Shown: positions 10,342-19,310, counted from the stretch's first letter. The stretch: 64,000 nt of DNA from Gemmatimonadales bacterium (GCA_035519565.1 DATIWD010000025.1:7061-71060); one strand, 5' to 3'. The notes: generated from the sequence alone by a model not told the origin. Made by a program: numbers and translations.

Positions 10342-12639
10342 CTAGAAGTCGATGCCCATGCGGAGCAGCACGTTCCTCCCCTGACCGTAGGCGAAGAGTT
10401 TATAGCGACTCAGATAGTCGGTGTAGGTCGCATTGGTGGCGTTGCGGACCCGGATCCCGAAGTTGATGGTCCGCGGCCCCAGGGCACGCTCCAGCCCGGC
10501 GCCCAGATCGAGTAGGGCGTAGCCGTCGGTCGGGGTATCGAATGGGCCGAGCCGAGTCTGCTTGGCCACCAGCTCGACCCCGGCGGTCACGTAGGCTTTG
10601 CCGAGCCGGGCTCCCGGTGTAGTGTGGAGCTCCGCCTCCAGATCCCCGCGGACCGGAGGGATCATGGGGAGCGGCTGGTTGGTCGCCTGGTTGTCGCCCA
10701 GGACCCAATCGAACCGGCCGCGTAGGCTGAGGGCGGCCGTGGCCGCCACTTCACTGGAGAAATCCACCCCCCAGAGGACAGCCCGCGAGGTCTGGACGTA
10801 CTGATACGCGGGCAGCGTGACGGTGTCGCCTTCTTCGGTGATCACCGTGGCGGTGCCGCCGGTCGGCTGGATGTAGAGGTAGTTGTTGATCTGGTTGCGA
10901 TACCCCGCCAGCTGGGCACTCACCCGGCCCCGCTGCCACCGCGCCGTGAGATCGGTGTTGAAGCTCACCTCCGGCTTGGCGGTCGGCAGCCCGATCTCGA
11001 ATCGCTCCTCGCCCAGGTGAGGGCCGTTGGTATAGAGCTCGAATAGTGTCGGAGCCCGGAACGCTCGCCCCAGGTTGAGCGCGAGCGAGAGACCCGGGAT
11101 CGGCTGGTACACGGCGCCCAGGTTGCCGGTCACGGCCGACAGGGTCCGGCTCTCCGCGCCGCGCTGTAAGGCGGTGTTGGAGTCCGCGTTCACCTGCTGC
11201 AGATCACCCCGGATGCCGGCGAGGAAGTTCCAGCGGCCCGTCGTGGCCCGCTCGAAGGCGAAGATGGCGCCGGCGCCGGTGGTCGCCCCGGGCACCAGCG
11301 GGAACTGCCCCTCCGACTCGTTGCTCTGGTACATCCCCGACACTCCGAGGGTGCCGGTGAGCCAGGGCCGGCCGGTGTGGTGGAGGAGCACGTCGGTGCT
11401 AACGGTGTTGAGCTTGAGCTCGAAGGTCGGCTCCTCCGCCCCGACCCGGCTCTGGTCCACCACTTCCTGAAGCGAGTGGCGCTGAAACTGGCTCCGGGTC
11501 TCGAGGCGGAGACCGCCCAGCACGAAGTTGGTCAGCAGCTGTACCCGGTCGTCCCCCAGTTTGCGGAGCGGGCCCAGGGAATCGTCATCCGGCACTGGCG
11601 GGCCGTCCAGCAGGCCGAAGTGCCCGCCGTAATGCTCGTAGCGCAGAGTCCCGTTGGAACTGTTGCCGTTGAGGCCGACGGCGAGCTCGCCGTTCACGGC
11701 GTAGTAGCCGGTGTTGTAGAGGGTGCCGGTCGGGGTCGAGTCGTTTCCGGCGGGCGTGTGGTAGTTGCCCGCGGTCCGGCCGATCAGGATTCCGCGCCAG
11801 CCGAAGCCCCCGGAGGCGCCCTCGACTCTCAGGGGGCCCCCGAATTCTCCGTTGTTGGTCCCGCCGTAGATCTCGGTGCTCCCACGGACAAAGCTCCGGC
11901 CGCCTCGGGCGTCCGGAACCGGATCCGGGATCACGTTGATGACTCCGCCCATCGCGTCCGACCCGTAGAGCACGCTGGCCGGCCCCCGGATCACCTCGAT
12001 CCGCTTGGCCAGGAGCGGATCGATCGAGGGACCGTCCTCATCGCTCCAGGAGTAGTCCTCGAGCCGGAGTCCGTTGTCCAGGGTGAGCACCCGGGGACCG
12101 GTCAAGCCCCGGATGATCGGCTTCCCCACCTGTTCACCGGTACTCAGCGTCCGGACGCCGGCCAACCCGTCGATAGTATGCGCCAGGGAGACCTGTTGGC
12201 TTCGGAGGAGCGCCTCGCCGGTCAGCTCTTCGGAAGGGAGGGAAGACGTCTGAGGGTCAATCCCGCTCCGGGTGACGGTGACGGTGATGGCCTCGAGCTG
12301 GAGTGGTGTGATCGAGAGCGTCACCACCACTTCCCGCGTCAGGGCGAGGTCCACGCCCCTGACATCCGGGGCGTACCCGAGGCGCCCGATCTCGAGGGTG
12401 TACCGGGCGACCGGGAGATCGGGAAAGACCGCCCACCCTTCCGCGTCGACGACGCGCCGCCGGTCCAGCTCGGTCAGGGTGACGGTGGCGTTTTCTACCG
12501 GCCGCCCGGCGCTATCGACCACCCGGACGCGCAGGGTATCGGTGGCGAGGGGGGGTCTAGCCTCGCGGTATGGCGCAGGGGCGATGTCCGCCGGTGCGGT
12601 CGAACAGAGAACCAGCGCGGCGAGCGCAGGGACGATCAC
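10342..12639 (-). CDS. TonB-dependent receptor with N-terminal carboxypeptidase-regulatory-like domain
   Basis: 765 aa. Signal peptide, then a CarboxypepD_reg-like beta-sandwich (LRVRVVDSAGRPVENATVTL), a plug domain (IEVIRGPASVLYGSDAMGGVINVI), a long beta-barrel and a terminal aromatic residue (GIDF). Confidence 0.85.
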   Translation of the reverse strand: MIVPALAALVLCSTAPADIAPAPYREARPPLATDTLRVRVVDSAGRPVENATVTLTELDRRRVVDAEGWAVFPDLPVARYTLEIGRLGYAPDVRGVDLALTREVVVTLSITPLQLEAITVTVTRSGIDPQTSSLPSEELTGEALLRSQQVSLAHTIDGLAGVRTLSTGEQVGKPIIRGLTGPRVLTLDNGLRLEDYSWSDEDGPSIDPLLAKRIEVIRGPASVLYGSDAMGGVINVIPDPVPDARGGRSFVRGSTEIYGGTNNGEFGGPLRVEGASGGFGWRGILIGRTAGNYHTPAGNDSTPTGTLYNTGYYAVNGELAVGLNGNSSNGTLRYEHYGGHFGLLDGPPVPDDDSLGPLRKLGDDRVQLLTNFVLGGLRLETRSQFQRHSLQEVVDQSRVGAEEPTFELKLNTVSTDVLLHHTGRPWLTGTLGVSGMYQSNESEGQFPLVPGATTGAGAIFAFERATTGRWNFLAGIRGDLQQVNADSNTALQRGAESRTLSAVTGNLGAVYQPIPGLSLALNLGRAFRAPTLFELYTNGPHLGEERFEIGLPTAKPEVSFNTDLTARWQRGRVSAQLAGYRNQINNYLYIQPTGGTATVITEEGDTVTLPAYQYVQTSRAVLWGVDFSSEVAATAALSLRGRFDWVLGDNQATNQPLPMIPPVRGDLEAELHTTPGARLGKAYVTAGVELVAKQTRLGPFDTPTDGYALLDLGAGLERALGPRTINFGIRVRNATNATYTDYLSRYKLFAYGQGRNVLLRMGIDF

Positions 12640-12800
12640 GGTGACTCCTGGCGTGCATGACCAATGGCCCGCTCTCCACCTTCAGGCTCAAGTTAGAGGC
12701 TTAATCGGCGTTAACAACATTTCATCCGGCATTCAGCCTCCCGATACCCTCGGGCGGCTAACTAGGTCCCGCTCGGCAACCCATGATACCAGGAGGAGAT

Positions 12801-13442
12801 ATGCAGACTACCGCGCGCAGGCTGATGGTCGCGGCCGCGGTGCTCGCGGTCGCGTGTGGGGGATCGAAGCCGCCGGAACAGCCCGCCCCGGCACCCGGCC
12901 CCACGGCCGAAGAGCAGGCCCGTCAGGACTCCATCGATGCCGCCAACCGGGCCCAGGCTGAAAAGGAACAGATGGCCAAGGAAGCCGCCGACCGAGAAGC
13001 GGCGATCCGGGCGGGCATGGAGCGGGATGCGGCCGCGGTCGCGGCCGCCGAGCGAGAGGCCAACCTTCAGGCGAGCCTGATGCAGGATCTCGGTATCATG
13101 ATCCACTTCGACTTCGACAAATCGAAGATCAAGCCCGCGGATGAGGCGAATCTCAAGCGAAAGGTGGCGATTCTGGCCGCCAACAGCGGCGCGCAGATCA
13201 GGATCGACGGGTACTGTGACGAGCGAGGTTCAGCCGAGTACAATCTCGCGCTGGGCAACCGGCGCGCGGCCGCGGCCAAGCGCTACCTGGTCGATCACGG
13301 GATCAGCGCCGACCAGATCACGACCGCGTCCTATGGAGAGGAGCGGCCGCTCGATCCCGGCCACACTGAGACCGCTTGGACGTTGAACCGGCGCGGCGAG
13401 TTCGAGGTGACCTCCGCCCCGGACCGGTTGGTCGCCCCGTAG
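12801..13442 (+). CDS. pal: peptidoglycan-associated lipoprotein (OmpA-family, Pal-like)
   Basis: Track ORF 12783..13442 trimmed to the ATG at 12801, which is preceded by AGGAGGAG. Lipobox (LAVACGG). OmpA C-terminal-like domain (IHFDFDKSKI, IDGYCDERGSAEYNLALGNRRA, NRRGEF). Confidence 0.85.
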   Translation: MQTTARRLMVAAAVLAVACGGSKPPEQPAPAPGPTAEEQARQDSIDAANRAQAEKEQMAKEAADREAAIRAGMERDAAAVAAAEREANLQASLMQDLGIMIHFDFDKSKIKPADEANLKRKVAILAANSGAQIRIDGYCDERGSAEYNLALGNRRAAAAKRYLVDHGISADQITTASYGEERPLDPGHTETAWTLNRRGEFEVTSAPDRLVAP

Positions 13443-13471
13443 ATGGGATCTCCGGGCCTCTAAGAGGAAAT

Positions 13472-13498
13472 CCCGCCGGCCTCTTGGGGGCCGGCGGG
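13472..13498 (+). terminator. GC-rich hairpin downstream of pal (possible terminator, no U-tract)
   Basis: cccgccggcc (13472-81) and ggccggcggg (13489-98) form a perfect 10-bp stem with a 7-nt loop, 30 nt after the pal stop. It is not followed by a T run. Confidence 0.4.
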
Positions 13499-13949
13499 GT
13501 CCCGGAATTCTCCGAGCTTCAGCGGGCGGCACGAGCGATCCCGCCAAAGTGCTCACGAGGTCACTGGAACAACGCCAGAGTGGCGCGATTCGACGCGCTA
13601 CGGGCTCGCCGCAGCCAGAAGATGAGCCGCCCAATCTGGTCACGGCGCACCGGACAGCAATTGGGTGAATACCACCCGACTCGGCAGCAAGACAAGAGCT
13701 CGTGTCGCTAGCACGAAGCGGGGCAATCAGTTCTGGGGACGAGCAGGCTAACTCCTGGGTTGGATGGACTGGAGCGGGCGCCGGCATCCATCGGGCACGG
13801 GATTGAAGGAAGCGAGGTTCCGCCTGCTTCCCCGAACGCGCCGGGATGCTCAGGGAATGAGCGCCTCTCACCCGGAGTCATTGCAATGCAGGCTCGAGTT
13901 CAGGTCACGGCGCTGCCCAGGAGTTGTCCGGGGCGCTAGATTGGAGCCA

Positions 13950-14870
13950 ATGCTCGTAGCCCTGACGCTCCTGGCCGCGTTCGGCCCGCCGACCAAGTCA
14001 CAGCCCGCCAAGACCACTACCCGCCCCGACTCCGGGGTGGTGCGAACGCTCACGCTGCCCTCGGGCGATGAGATCAATACCTACGAGGTCGGAGCCGGCC
14101 GCACCGTGGTGCTGCTGCCCGGCATGCTGGGAGGCGCGTTCACCTACCGAAAGCTGATTCCCGGACTGCTGGCGGAGGGGTATCGGGTGGTGATCATCGA
14201 TGCGCTGGGCACCGGCAACTCGTCGCGACCGCCCAAGGCCGACTATACCCTGACGGCGCAGACCGAACGCCTGGCCTGGGCGATGAGCGAGCTGCAAGTC
14301 TCCGACGCGATGATCGTGGGTCACGCCCTGGGAGCAGCCCTCGCCCTCCGGCTCGCCTGCCGGCACCCGGGGCTGGTGCGCGGCGTGGTGGCACTCGACG
14401 GGGGCCAGGAGCATTCCGCGGCCAACCACTCGGTGCGCCGCCTGGTGGGCCTGCCGTTCGCATTCCTCTTTACCACCGGGCGGATCAAGAAGAGCGTGCG
14501 GAACGGCCTGGTCAACAACTCGGCCGATTCCTCTTGGGTCACCGATAGCGCCCTGGCCGGCTACACCGATCCGCTGACCCGCGATCCCAAGGTGACGCTG
14601 CGCGCCTTCCAGGCCATGGGCCGCTCGGTCGACACCGACGACATCTGTTTTTCGGGAGAGACCTTGGGCACGCCGGTGCTGATGCTGGTGGGCGCCGTCC
14701 CCAACAACAGCAACATGATCACGGCTTCATCGCTCGACAGCCTGAATCTCGTGGTGCCGCACATGGACATCGAGTGGCTTCCCCAGGCCGGCCACTACAT
14801 CCAGGAAGAGTCGCCCGACGTGGTGGCGGCGGCGGTGGTCCAGATGGATCGAGCGACCGCGACGCGGTAG
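13950..14870 (+). CDS. alpha/beta-fold hydrolase
   Basis: Track ORF 13764..14870 trimmed to MLVALTLLAAFG (ATG at 13950, signal-like). VVLLPGMLGG oxyanion region, nucleophile elbow VGHALGA (G-H-x-x-G, non-Ser position noted) and C-terminal AGHYIQEESP. Confidence 0.7.
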   Translation: MLVALTLLAAFGPPTKSQPAKTTTRPDSGVVRTLTLPSGDEINTYEVGAGRTVVLLPGMLGGAFTYRKLIPGLLAEGYRVVIIDALGTGNSSRPPKADYTLTAQTERLAWAMSELQVSDAMIVGHALGAALALRLACRHPGLVRGVVALDGGQEHSAANHSVRRLVGLPFAFLFTTGRIKKSVRNGLVNNSADSSWVTDSALAGYTDPLTRDPKVTLRAFQAMGRSVDTDDICFSGETLGTPVLMLVGAVPNNSNMITASSLDSLNLVVPHMDIEWLPQAGHYIQEESPDVVAAAVVQMDRATATR

Positions 14871-14888
14871 TTACTGCGGGTCGCGGGT

Positions 14889-14924
14889 CTCAAGTCACAA
14901 ATCTCAAGTCACAAGTCACGACAG
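14889..14924. repeat. short tandem heptamer-type repeat (AAGTCAC units)
   Basis: The sequence ctcaagtcacaaatctcaagtcacaagtcacgaca lies directly after the hydrolase stop. Confidence 0.6.
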
Positions 14925-15020
14925 ACCAGTTGAAGCGCCCGCAAAGTCTGGCAAGAACTCGCGCGTGTCTCTAACCCGCCTGAATTGGCAGGAACAACTG
15001 GCCACTGGTTGAATGCACGG

Positions 15021-15058
15021 CAAAAGAGAAAGCCCGCTCATCGCTGGATGGCGGGCTC
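15021..15058 (-). terminator. rho-independent terminator downstream of tRNA-Ile
   Basis: On the minus strand: stem agcccgc/gcgggct (15031-37 / 15051-57), followed by TTCTCTTTTG (reverse complement of 15021-30). Confidence 0.55.
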
Positions 15059-15085
15059 ACCCTAACACCTGACACCTGCTCTTCA

Positions 15086-15159
<74 letters not shown>

Positions 15160-15167
15160 TGAGGGGC

Positions 15168-15213
15168 AGGACTGAGGGATGAGGACTGAGGCTCAGTCCT
15201 GAGTCCTGAGTTC
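15168..15213. repeat. inverted heptamer arrays forming a palindrome (AGGACTG units / CTGAGTC units)
   Basis: aggactg-agggatg-aggactg-agg | ctcagtc-ctgagtc-ctgagtt. The core aggactgagGctcagtcct is a 19-nt palindrome sitting 9 nt upstream of the tRNA-Ile 5' end. Confidence 0.7.
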
Positions 15214-15272
15214 CGTGTCCGCCCCTACCGCCTTTACCGCCCTGCCCGCCTTGTCCGCCCCCGACCGCCCGA
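15212..15272. repeat. 9-nt periodic array R1 (C-rich on + strand)
   Basis: tccgtgtcc gcccctacc gcctttacc gccctgccc gccttgtcc gcccccgacc. It lies between the acidic ORF and the tRNA. Confidence 0.6.
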
Positions 15273-15306
15273 CACGATACCCACGCCCTCCCCCATCTGG
15301 CAACAG

Positions 15307-15579
15307 CTACCGCCGCTTGCGGCGCGGCTCGTCGCCCTCCAGCTCCTCGATGTCCTCGTCCCAACCCTCCTCGTCCTCCTCCTTGTCCTCCTCGTCCAAG
15401 TCCTCGTCCTCGTTCTCGTCGAGGTCGTCCTCGTCCTCTTCGTCGAACGTGAAGCCCTCATCGTCCTCGTCGAAGTCATCATCATCCCGCCGCCGACGCA
15501 TTTCGATGGCTTCCCGCGACGCTTCCCACGCCGACATGATCTCCTCCGGCTCGAGTAAAGGTGAACGGTGGAAACGCAT
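15307..15579 (-). CDS. small poly-acidic protein (90 aa) with basic C-terminal tail
   Basis: The ATG at 15579 is preceded by AAGGGAGG, about 10 nt upstream and overlapping the typA stop. Sequence: MRFHRSPLLEPEEIMSAWEASREAIEMRRRR + a 53-aa segment with 39 D/E + PRRKRR. GC3-rich codons. No family recognised. Confidence 0.5.
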   Translation of the reverse strand: MRFHRSPLLEPEEIMSAWEASREAIEMRRRRDDDDFDEDDEGFTFDEEDEDDLDENEDEDLDEEDKEEDEEGWDEDIEELEGDEPRRKRR

Positions 15580-15595
15580 GGTCGCGCGACCTCCC

Positions 15596-17458
15596 TTACG
15601 ACGCACCCGCGGCCCGAGCCGCCGCCCGTGCCGCCTTCTTCCGATCAGACGCCGCCAGCGCCCGCTTGCGAAGCCGGATCGTCTTGGGCGTCACCTCGAT
15701 CAGCTCATCCTCTTCGATGTACTCCAGCGCATACTCCAGGGTGATCTCCCGAGGCGGCTCCAGCTGCACGTTCTCGTCCGATCCGCTGGCCCGCATGTTG
15801 GTCAGCTTCTTCTCCTTGGTGACGTTCACGTCCATGTCCCCGGGCCGGGAGTTCTCCCCGGCGATCATCCCCTCGTAGACCAGCTCCCCGGGGGCCACGA
15901 ACATCTGGGCCCGCTCCTGCAGGTTCCCCAGCGCATAGGCCACCACCACACCCTGCCGGTCCGCCACCAGCACCCCCCGCTTCCGACCCGCCAGCGGTCC
16001 CGCCCAGGGACCGTAGTCGAGGAACCGGTGATGCATCACCCCAGTGCCCCGGGTGTCGGTCAGGAACTCGGAACGGTAGCCGAAGAGACCGCGGGCCGGG
16101 ATCCGGAACGACATACGGACCATCCCCTGCCCCGGGTTCTTCATCTCCATCAGCTCGCTCCGCCGAGGACCCAGCTTCTCGATCACGGTGCCCAGGTGCT
16201 CCTCCGGCACGTCGATCATCAGCTCCTCGTAGGGCTCGAGCCGCTCGCCACCGGGACCCACCCGGGTGATCACCCGCGGGCGGGAGACCTGGAACTCGTA
16301 CCCCTCGCGCCGCATGGTCTCCATCAGGATCCCCAGGTGCAGCTCGCCGCGACCCGAGACCGACCAGGTGTCGGGGCTCTCGGTGTCCTCGACTCGAAGG
16401 GCCACATTCCGTTCCAGCTCGTTGTACAACCGGTCCCGCACCTGGCGGCTGGTGACGAACCGGCCTTCCCGTCCCGAGAAGGGGCTGTTGTTGACCATGA
16501 AATCCACCGAGATGGTCGGCTCTTCGACCGCGATCCCGGCCAGCCGCTCGGGCACCGCCGCGGCGGTGATGGTCTTCCCGATCTCGATCCCCTCGAGACC
16601 CGAGAGGACGATGATCTCGCCGGCTTCCGCACGCTCCAGCTCGACCCGGTTGAGCCCCTCGAAGCAGTAGAGCTTGGTGATCTTGCTCCGCTCGATCGCC
16701 TCGTCGGTCACCAGCCCGGGCTCCCCCAGAGGCAGCAGCGCCACCTCGTCTCCCACCTCGACTCGGCCCCGCTCGATCCGCCCGATCGCCATTCGTCCCA
16801 CATAACTCGAGTAGTCGAGCGTTGAGACCAGCATCTGGAACGGACCTTGGGGGTCCCCCTTGGGCGGCGGGACGTGGTCCAGGATGGCCTGGAATAAGGG
16901 CTTGAGGTCGGTCCCCGGGTGTTCCAACTCCGCAGTGGCAGTCCCGGCCCGGCTCGACGTATAAAGGAATGGGGCGTCCAGCTGCTCGTGGGAGGCCTCG
17001 AGATCGATAAAGAGGCCCAGCACTTCATCATGGACCCGGAGGGGCTCGGCGTCGGACCGGTCGATCTTGTTGATCGCCACGATGGGGCGTAGCCCCAAAC
17101 TCAGGGCCTTCCGGGTCACGAACCGGGTCTGCGGCATCGGCCCTTCCGCCGCGTCCACCAGGATCAGGACCCCATCCACCATGCGCAGGATCCGCTCGAC
17201 CTCACCGCCGAAGTCGGCGTGGCCCGGCGTGTCCACGATGTTGATCTTGACCCCGCCCCAGCGAACCGAGGTGTTCTTGGCCAGGATAGTGATCCCCCGC
17301 TCCCGCTCGAGCGGATTGGAATCCATCACCCGTTCCTCGACCTGCTGGTTGGCCCGGAACGCGCCCGCCTGACGCAGCATCTGATCCACCAGGGTGGTCT
17401 TCCCGTGGTCGACGTGCGCGATGATCGCGATGTTCCGGATGGCTTCCTGGCTCTTCAT
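15596..17458 (-). CDS. typA: translational GTPase TypA/BipA
   Basis: Track ORF 15596..17521 trimmed to [25 protein letters not shown] (ATG at 17458). G motifs ([20 protein letters not shown]) and a BipA-type C-terminal region. Confidence 0.92.
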   Translation of the reverse strand: MKSQEAIRNIAIIAHVDHGKTTLVDQMLRQAGAFRANQQVEERVMDSNPLERERGITILAKNTSVRWGGVKINIVDTPGHADFGGEVERILRMVDGVLILVDAAEGPMPQTRFVTRKALSLGLRPIVAINKIDRSDAEPLRVHDEVLGLFIDLEASHEQLDAPFLYTSSRAGTATAELEHPGTDLKPLFQAILDHVPPPKGDPQGPFQMLVSTLDYSSYVGRMAIGRIERGRVEVGDEVALLPLGEPGLVTDEAIERSKITKLYCFEGLNRVELERAEAGEIIVLSGLEGIEIGKTITAAAVPERLAGIAVEEPTISVDFMVNNSPFSGREGRFVTSRQVRDRLYNELERNVALRVEDTESPDTWSVSGRGELHLGILMETMRREGYEFQVSRPRVITRVGPGGERLEPYEELMIDVPEEHLGTVIEKLGPRRSELMEMKNPGQGMVRMSFRIPARGLFGYRSEFLTDTRGTGVMHHRFLDYGPWAGPLAGRKRGVLVADRQGVVVAYALGNLQERAQMFVAPGELVYEGMIAGENSRPGDMDVNVTKEKKLTNMRASGSDENVQLEPPREITLEYALEYIEEDELIEVTPKTIRLRKRALAASDRKKAARAAARAAGAS

Positions 17459-17474
17459 CTGCGTCCCCAAACCT

Positions 17475-18092
17475 TCACTCTCTGGGGGCGAACACGCTCT
17501 CACCCCCCTCTCGCGCGGCATATATAGGCGAGTGGGTGGGAACCGGCAAGTGGGACAAGACGGACAAGACGGACAGGGTGGACAGGTGAACGAAGGACAG
17601 GAGGGACAGGACGGGCAAGACGGACAGGTGGCCTAGCCCACGTCCCCAGAACAACACCAGCCTGAGCGTCTTGACGGATCCCCTCCGGTCCTGCGTGAGC
17701 ACCTTGTTTGACCTTCCGTCTTGTCGGTCTTTGCCGCCCTGCCCGTCTCTCAATGACCGATACAGCAGCCACGTTAGCCTCCCGGCATTGGCGCGCAGGG
17801 ACTCCAGCCGCCCGTATTCCAGCGAATCCACCATCCTGAGATCGCGGGCGAGTTCGAGGGCGGAAGACAATTCGGACGACCCATTGCTGATGTCCAGATA
17901 CCGCCTGAATTCCGCCCGCCCCGGCTTCGCGGGGCCTTCCGCGATACGAGCCGAGGCAGAGTACGCAGCCTTCCGTACCTGCGCTGCCAACCCGTAACGC
18001 TCGGTCCGGGGCCAGTAGTTGGTGGCCTTGTACACCTCGACCGCCAACTCGTGGCAGGCTTTCCAGGCGAGCAGCTTCTGATACGGCATCAT
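17475..18092 (-). CDS. four-helix-bundle protein (23S rRNA intervening-sequence protein / Avd family) with repeat-encoded C-terminal extension
   Basis: The first 118 or so aa (MMPYQKLLAWKACHELAVEVYKATNYWPRTERYGLAAQVRKAAYSASARIAEG..EFRRYLDISNGSSELSSALELARDL) match the family pattern as I remember it. The last 85 or so aa (GKDRQDGRS...LSVLPVLSLLSFVHLSTLSVLSVLS) are read straight through the 9-nt repeat arrays. The stop lies 17 nt before the typA ATG. Confidence 0.7.
   Translation of the reverse strand: MMPYQKLLAWKACHELAVEVYKATNYWPRTERYGLAAQVRKAAYSASARIAEGPAKPGRAEFRRYLDISNGSSELSSALELARDLRMVDSLEYGRLESLRANAGRLTWLLYRSLRDGQGGKDRQDGRSNKVLTQDRRGSVKTLRLVLFWGRGLGHLSVLPVLSLLSFVHLSTLSVLSVLSHLPVPTHSPIYAAREGGESVFAPRE
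17553..17630. repeat. 9-nt periodic array R2 (G-rich on + strand)
   Basis: ggacaagac ggacaagac ggacagggt ggacaggtg [aacgaa] ggacaggag ggacaggac gggcaagac ggacaggtg. That is 4 + 4 units separated by 6 nt. Confidence 0.8.
17711..17750. repeat. 9-nt periodic array R3 (C-rich on + strand, inverted relative to R2)
   Basis: accttcc gtcttgtcg gtctttgcc gccctgccc gtctct. It lies about 80 nt from R2 in the opposite orientation. Confidence 0.65.
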
Positions 18093-18185
18093 GCAGGGAA
18101 GATCAACCGGATGCCCACTGAACCATCATCGGCCTAATGCAGATTGGTACGGAATTGCGCCAAGGGAATAACCGCTAGGAGGGCT

Positions 18186-18257
18186 CTCTTGTCCAACCTG
18201 TCCGTCTTGTCCGCCCTCTCCGTCCTGTCCGTCTTGCCCGCCCTGTCCGTCTTGACC
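18186..18257. repeat. 9-nt periodic array R4 (C-rich on + strand), 8 units
   Basis: ctcttgtcc aacctgtcc gtcttgtcc gccctctcc gtcctgtcc gtcttgccc gccctgtcc gtcttgacc. It lies between the four-helix-bundle gene start and the CDF gene stop. Confidence 0.85.
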
Positions 18258-18262
18258 AACTC

Positions 18263-19294
18263 CTAATGGTGGTGTCCTAACCCAAGGTGAACATGGTCAT
18301 GCCTGTCCGTCTTGTCCGTCTTGCCCTCCCCGACCGCCGCGTCCTCCTCGCACGGCCCCCCGGTCTCCAACTGTATGGTCACATGCCCGATCCCCAGTCG
18401 AGCCAGCGCGGCACGGATCTCCTGTAGGACGCCCGGGTGGGCGTCGAGGTTGGGAACCACGGCATGCCCGCTCATCGCGACAATACCGCTGGTCACGGTC
18501 CAGACGTGGAGATCGTGGACCGCGGAGACGCCCGGGACTTCCATCATCAGTCGCTGGACTTCGGACATGGACACGTGCGCCGGGGCGGCCTCGAGCAGGA
18601 TATCGGTGCTCTCCCGCAGCAACCGCCAGGCGCCGACCAGAATCAGGAGGGCGATGCCAATCGAGATGATCGGGTCTGCCGGCGTCCATCCAGTGAACAG
18701 GATCACCAACGCCGCCACGATTGCCCCGGCCGAGCCCAGGACATCGCCCAGGATGTGGAGGTAGGCGGCGCGCGTGTTGAGGCTCCTCTTGTGATGGTCT
18801 CGGAGCAGGAAAAGGCTGCCCAGGTTCACCAGCAGGCCCGCAGTGGCCACCGCGAGAAAGAGTCCGGTCTTGATCGTGGGCGGCTGTCCCAAGCGCTCAA
18901 CCGCTTCAAAGACCACCCACCCCGCGATGCCGAACAGGCTGGCCCCGTTCACCAAGGCTGCGAGGATCTCCCACCGCAGGTACCCGTAGGTCTTCGAGGG
19001 ATCGGCCGGCCGTTGCGCGATCCAGGCAGTAAGCAGCGTGAGCCCCAGCGCCCCCACGTCGGTGAGCATGTGGCCGGCATCGGCTAGCAGGGCCAGCGAC
19101 CCGCTCACCAGTCCACCCACCACCTCGATGACCATGAACCCGGCGGTGAGCAGCAGCACGAAGCGCAGCCGTTTCAGCGCTCCCGACCGACTGAAGGACG
19201 CCTCCGAGGTCGAGGGTCCCGCGTGCGCCGCGACTGCGCGGCAGGGGTCCAGCTCGGCTGCCTCACCGGCGCGACCCGGGTTGCCGGCCGTCAT
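18263..19294 (-). CDS. cation diffusion facilitator family transporter (CzcD/ZitB-like)
   Basis: 343 aa with six TM helices. Motifs SLALLADAGHMLTD and AYLHILGD, a cytoplasmic C-terminal domain (HDLHVWTV) and a His-rich tail. The residues GEGKTDKTDRH near the C-terminus are encoded by repeat array R5. Confidence 0.85.
   Translation of the reverse strand: MTAGNPGRAGEAAELDPCRAVAAHAGPSTSEASFSRSGALKRLRFVLLLTAGFMVIEVVGGLVSGSLALLADAGHMLTDVGALGLTLLTAWIAQRPADPSKTYGYLRWEILAALVNGASLFGIAGWVVFEAVERLGQPPTIKTGLFLAVATAGLLVNLGSLFLLRDHHKRSLNTRAAYLHILGDVLGSAGAIVAALVILFTGWTPADPIISIGIALLILVGAWRLLRESTDILLEAAPAHVSMSEVQRLMMEVPGVSAVHDLHVWTVTSGIVAMSGHAVVPNLDAHPGVLQEIRAALARLGIGHVTIQLETGGPCEEDAAVGEGKTDKTDRHDHVHLGLGHHH
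18300..18335. repeat. 9-nt periodic array R5 (C-rich on + strand) inside the CDF gene 3' end
   Basis: tgcctgtcc gtcttgtcc gtcttgccc tccccgacc. Confidence 0.7.
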
Positions 19295-19310
19295 GAGTCC
19301 CTCATCCTGC

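Noticed and set aside
15215-16825. 536-aa + strand ORF, Ser/Pro/Arg-rich
   Set aside because: It is entirely antisense to typA and the acidic ORF. Its composition is the low-complexity type typical of the reverse frame of a high-GC gene, and typA on the other strand has unmistakable GTPase motifs.
17394-17636. Collagen-like Gly-X-Y micro-ORFs (GQDGQDGQGGQ...), also found at 31817..32275 and 15137..15364
   Set aside because: They are simply the G-rich strand of the 9-nt arrays read in one frame. They overlap better-supported genes, are very short and have no signal peptide or flanking domains.
17553-18335. Possibility that the periodic arrays are a CRISPR array
   Set aside because: The units are 9 nt, contiguous and degenerate, with no unique spacers. 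No cas genes are present in the window.
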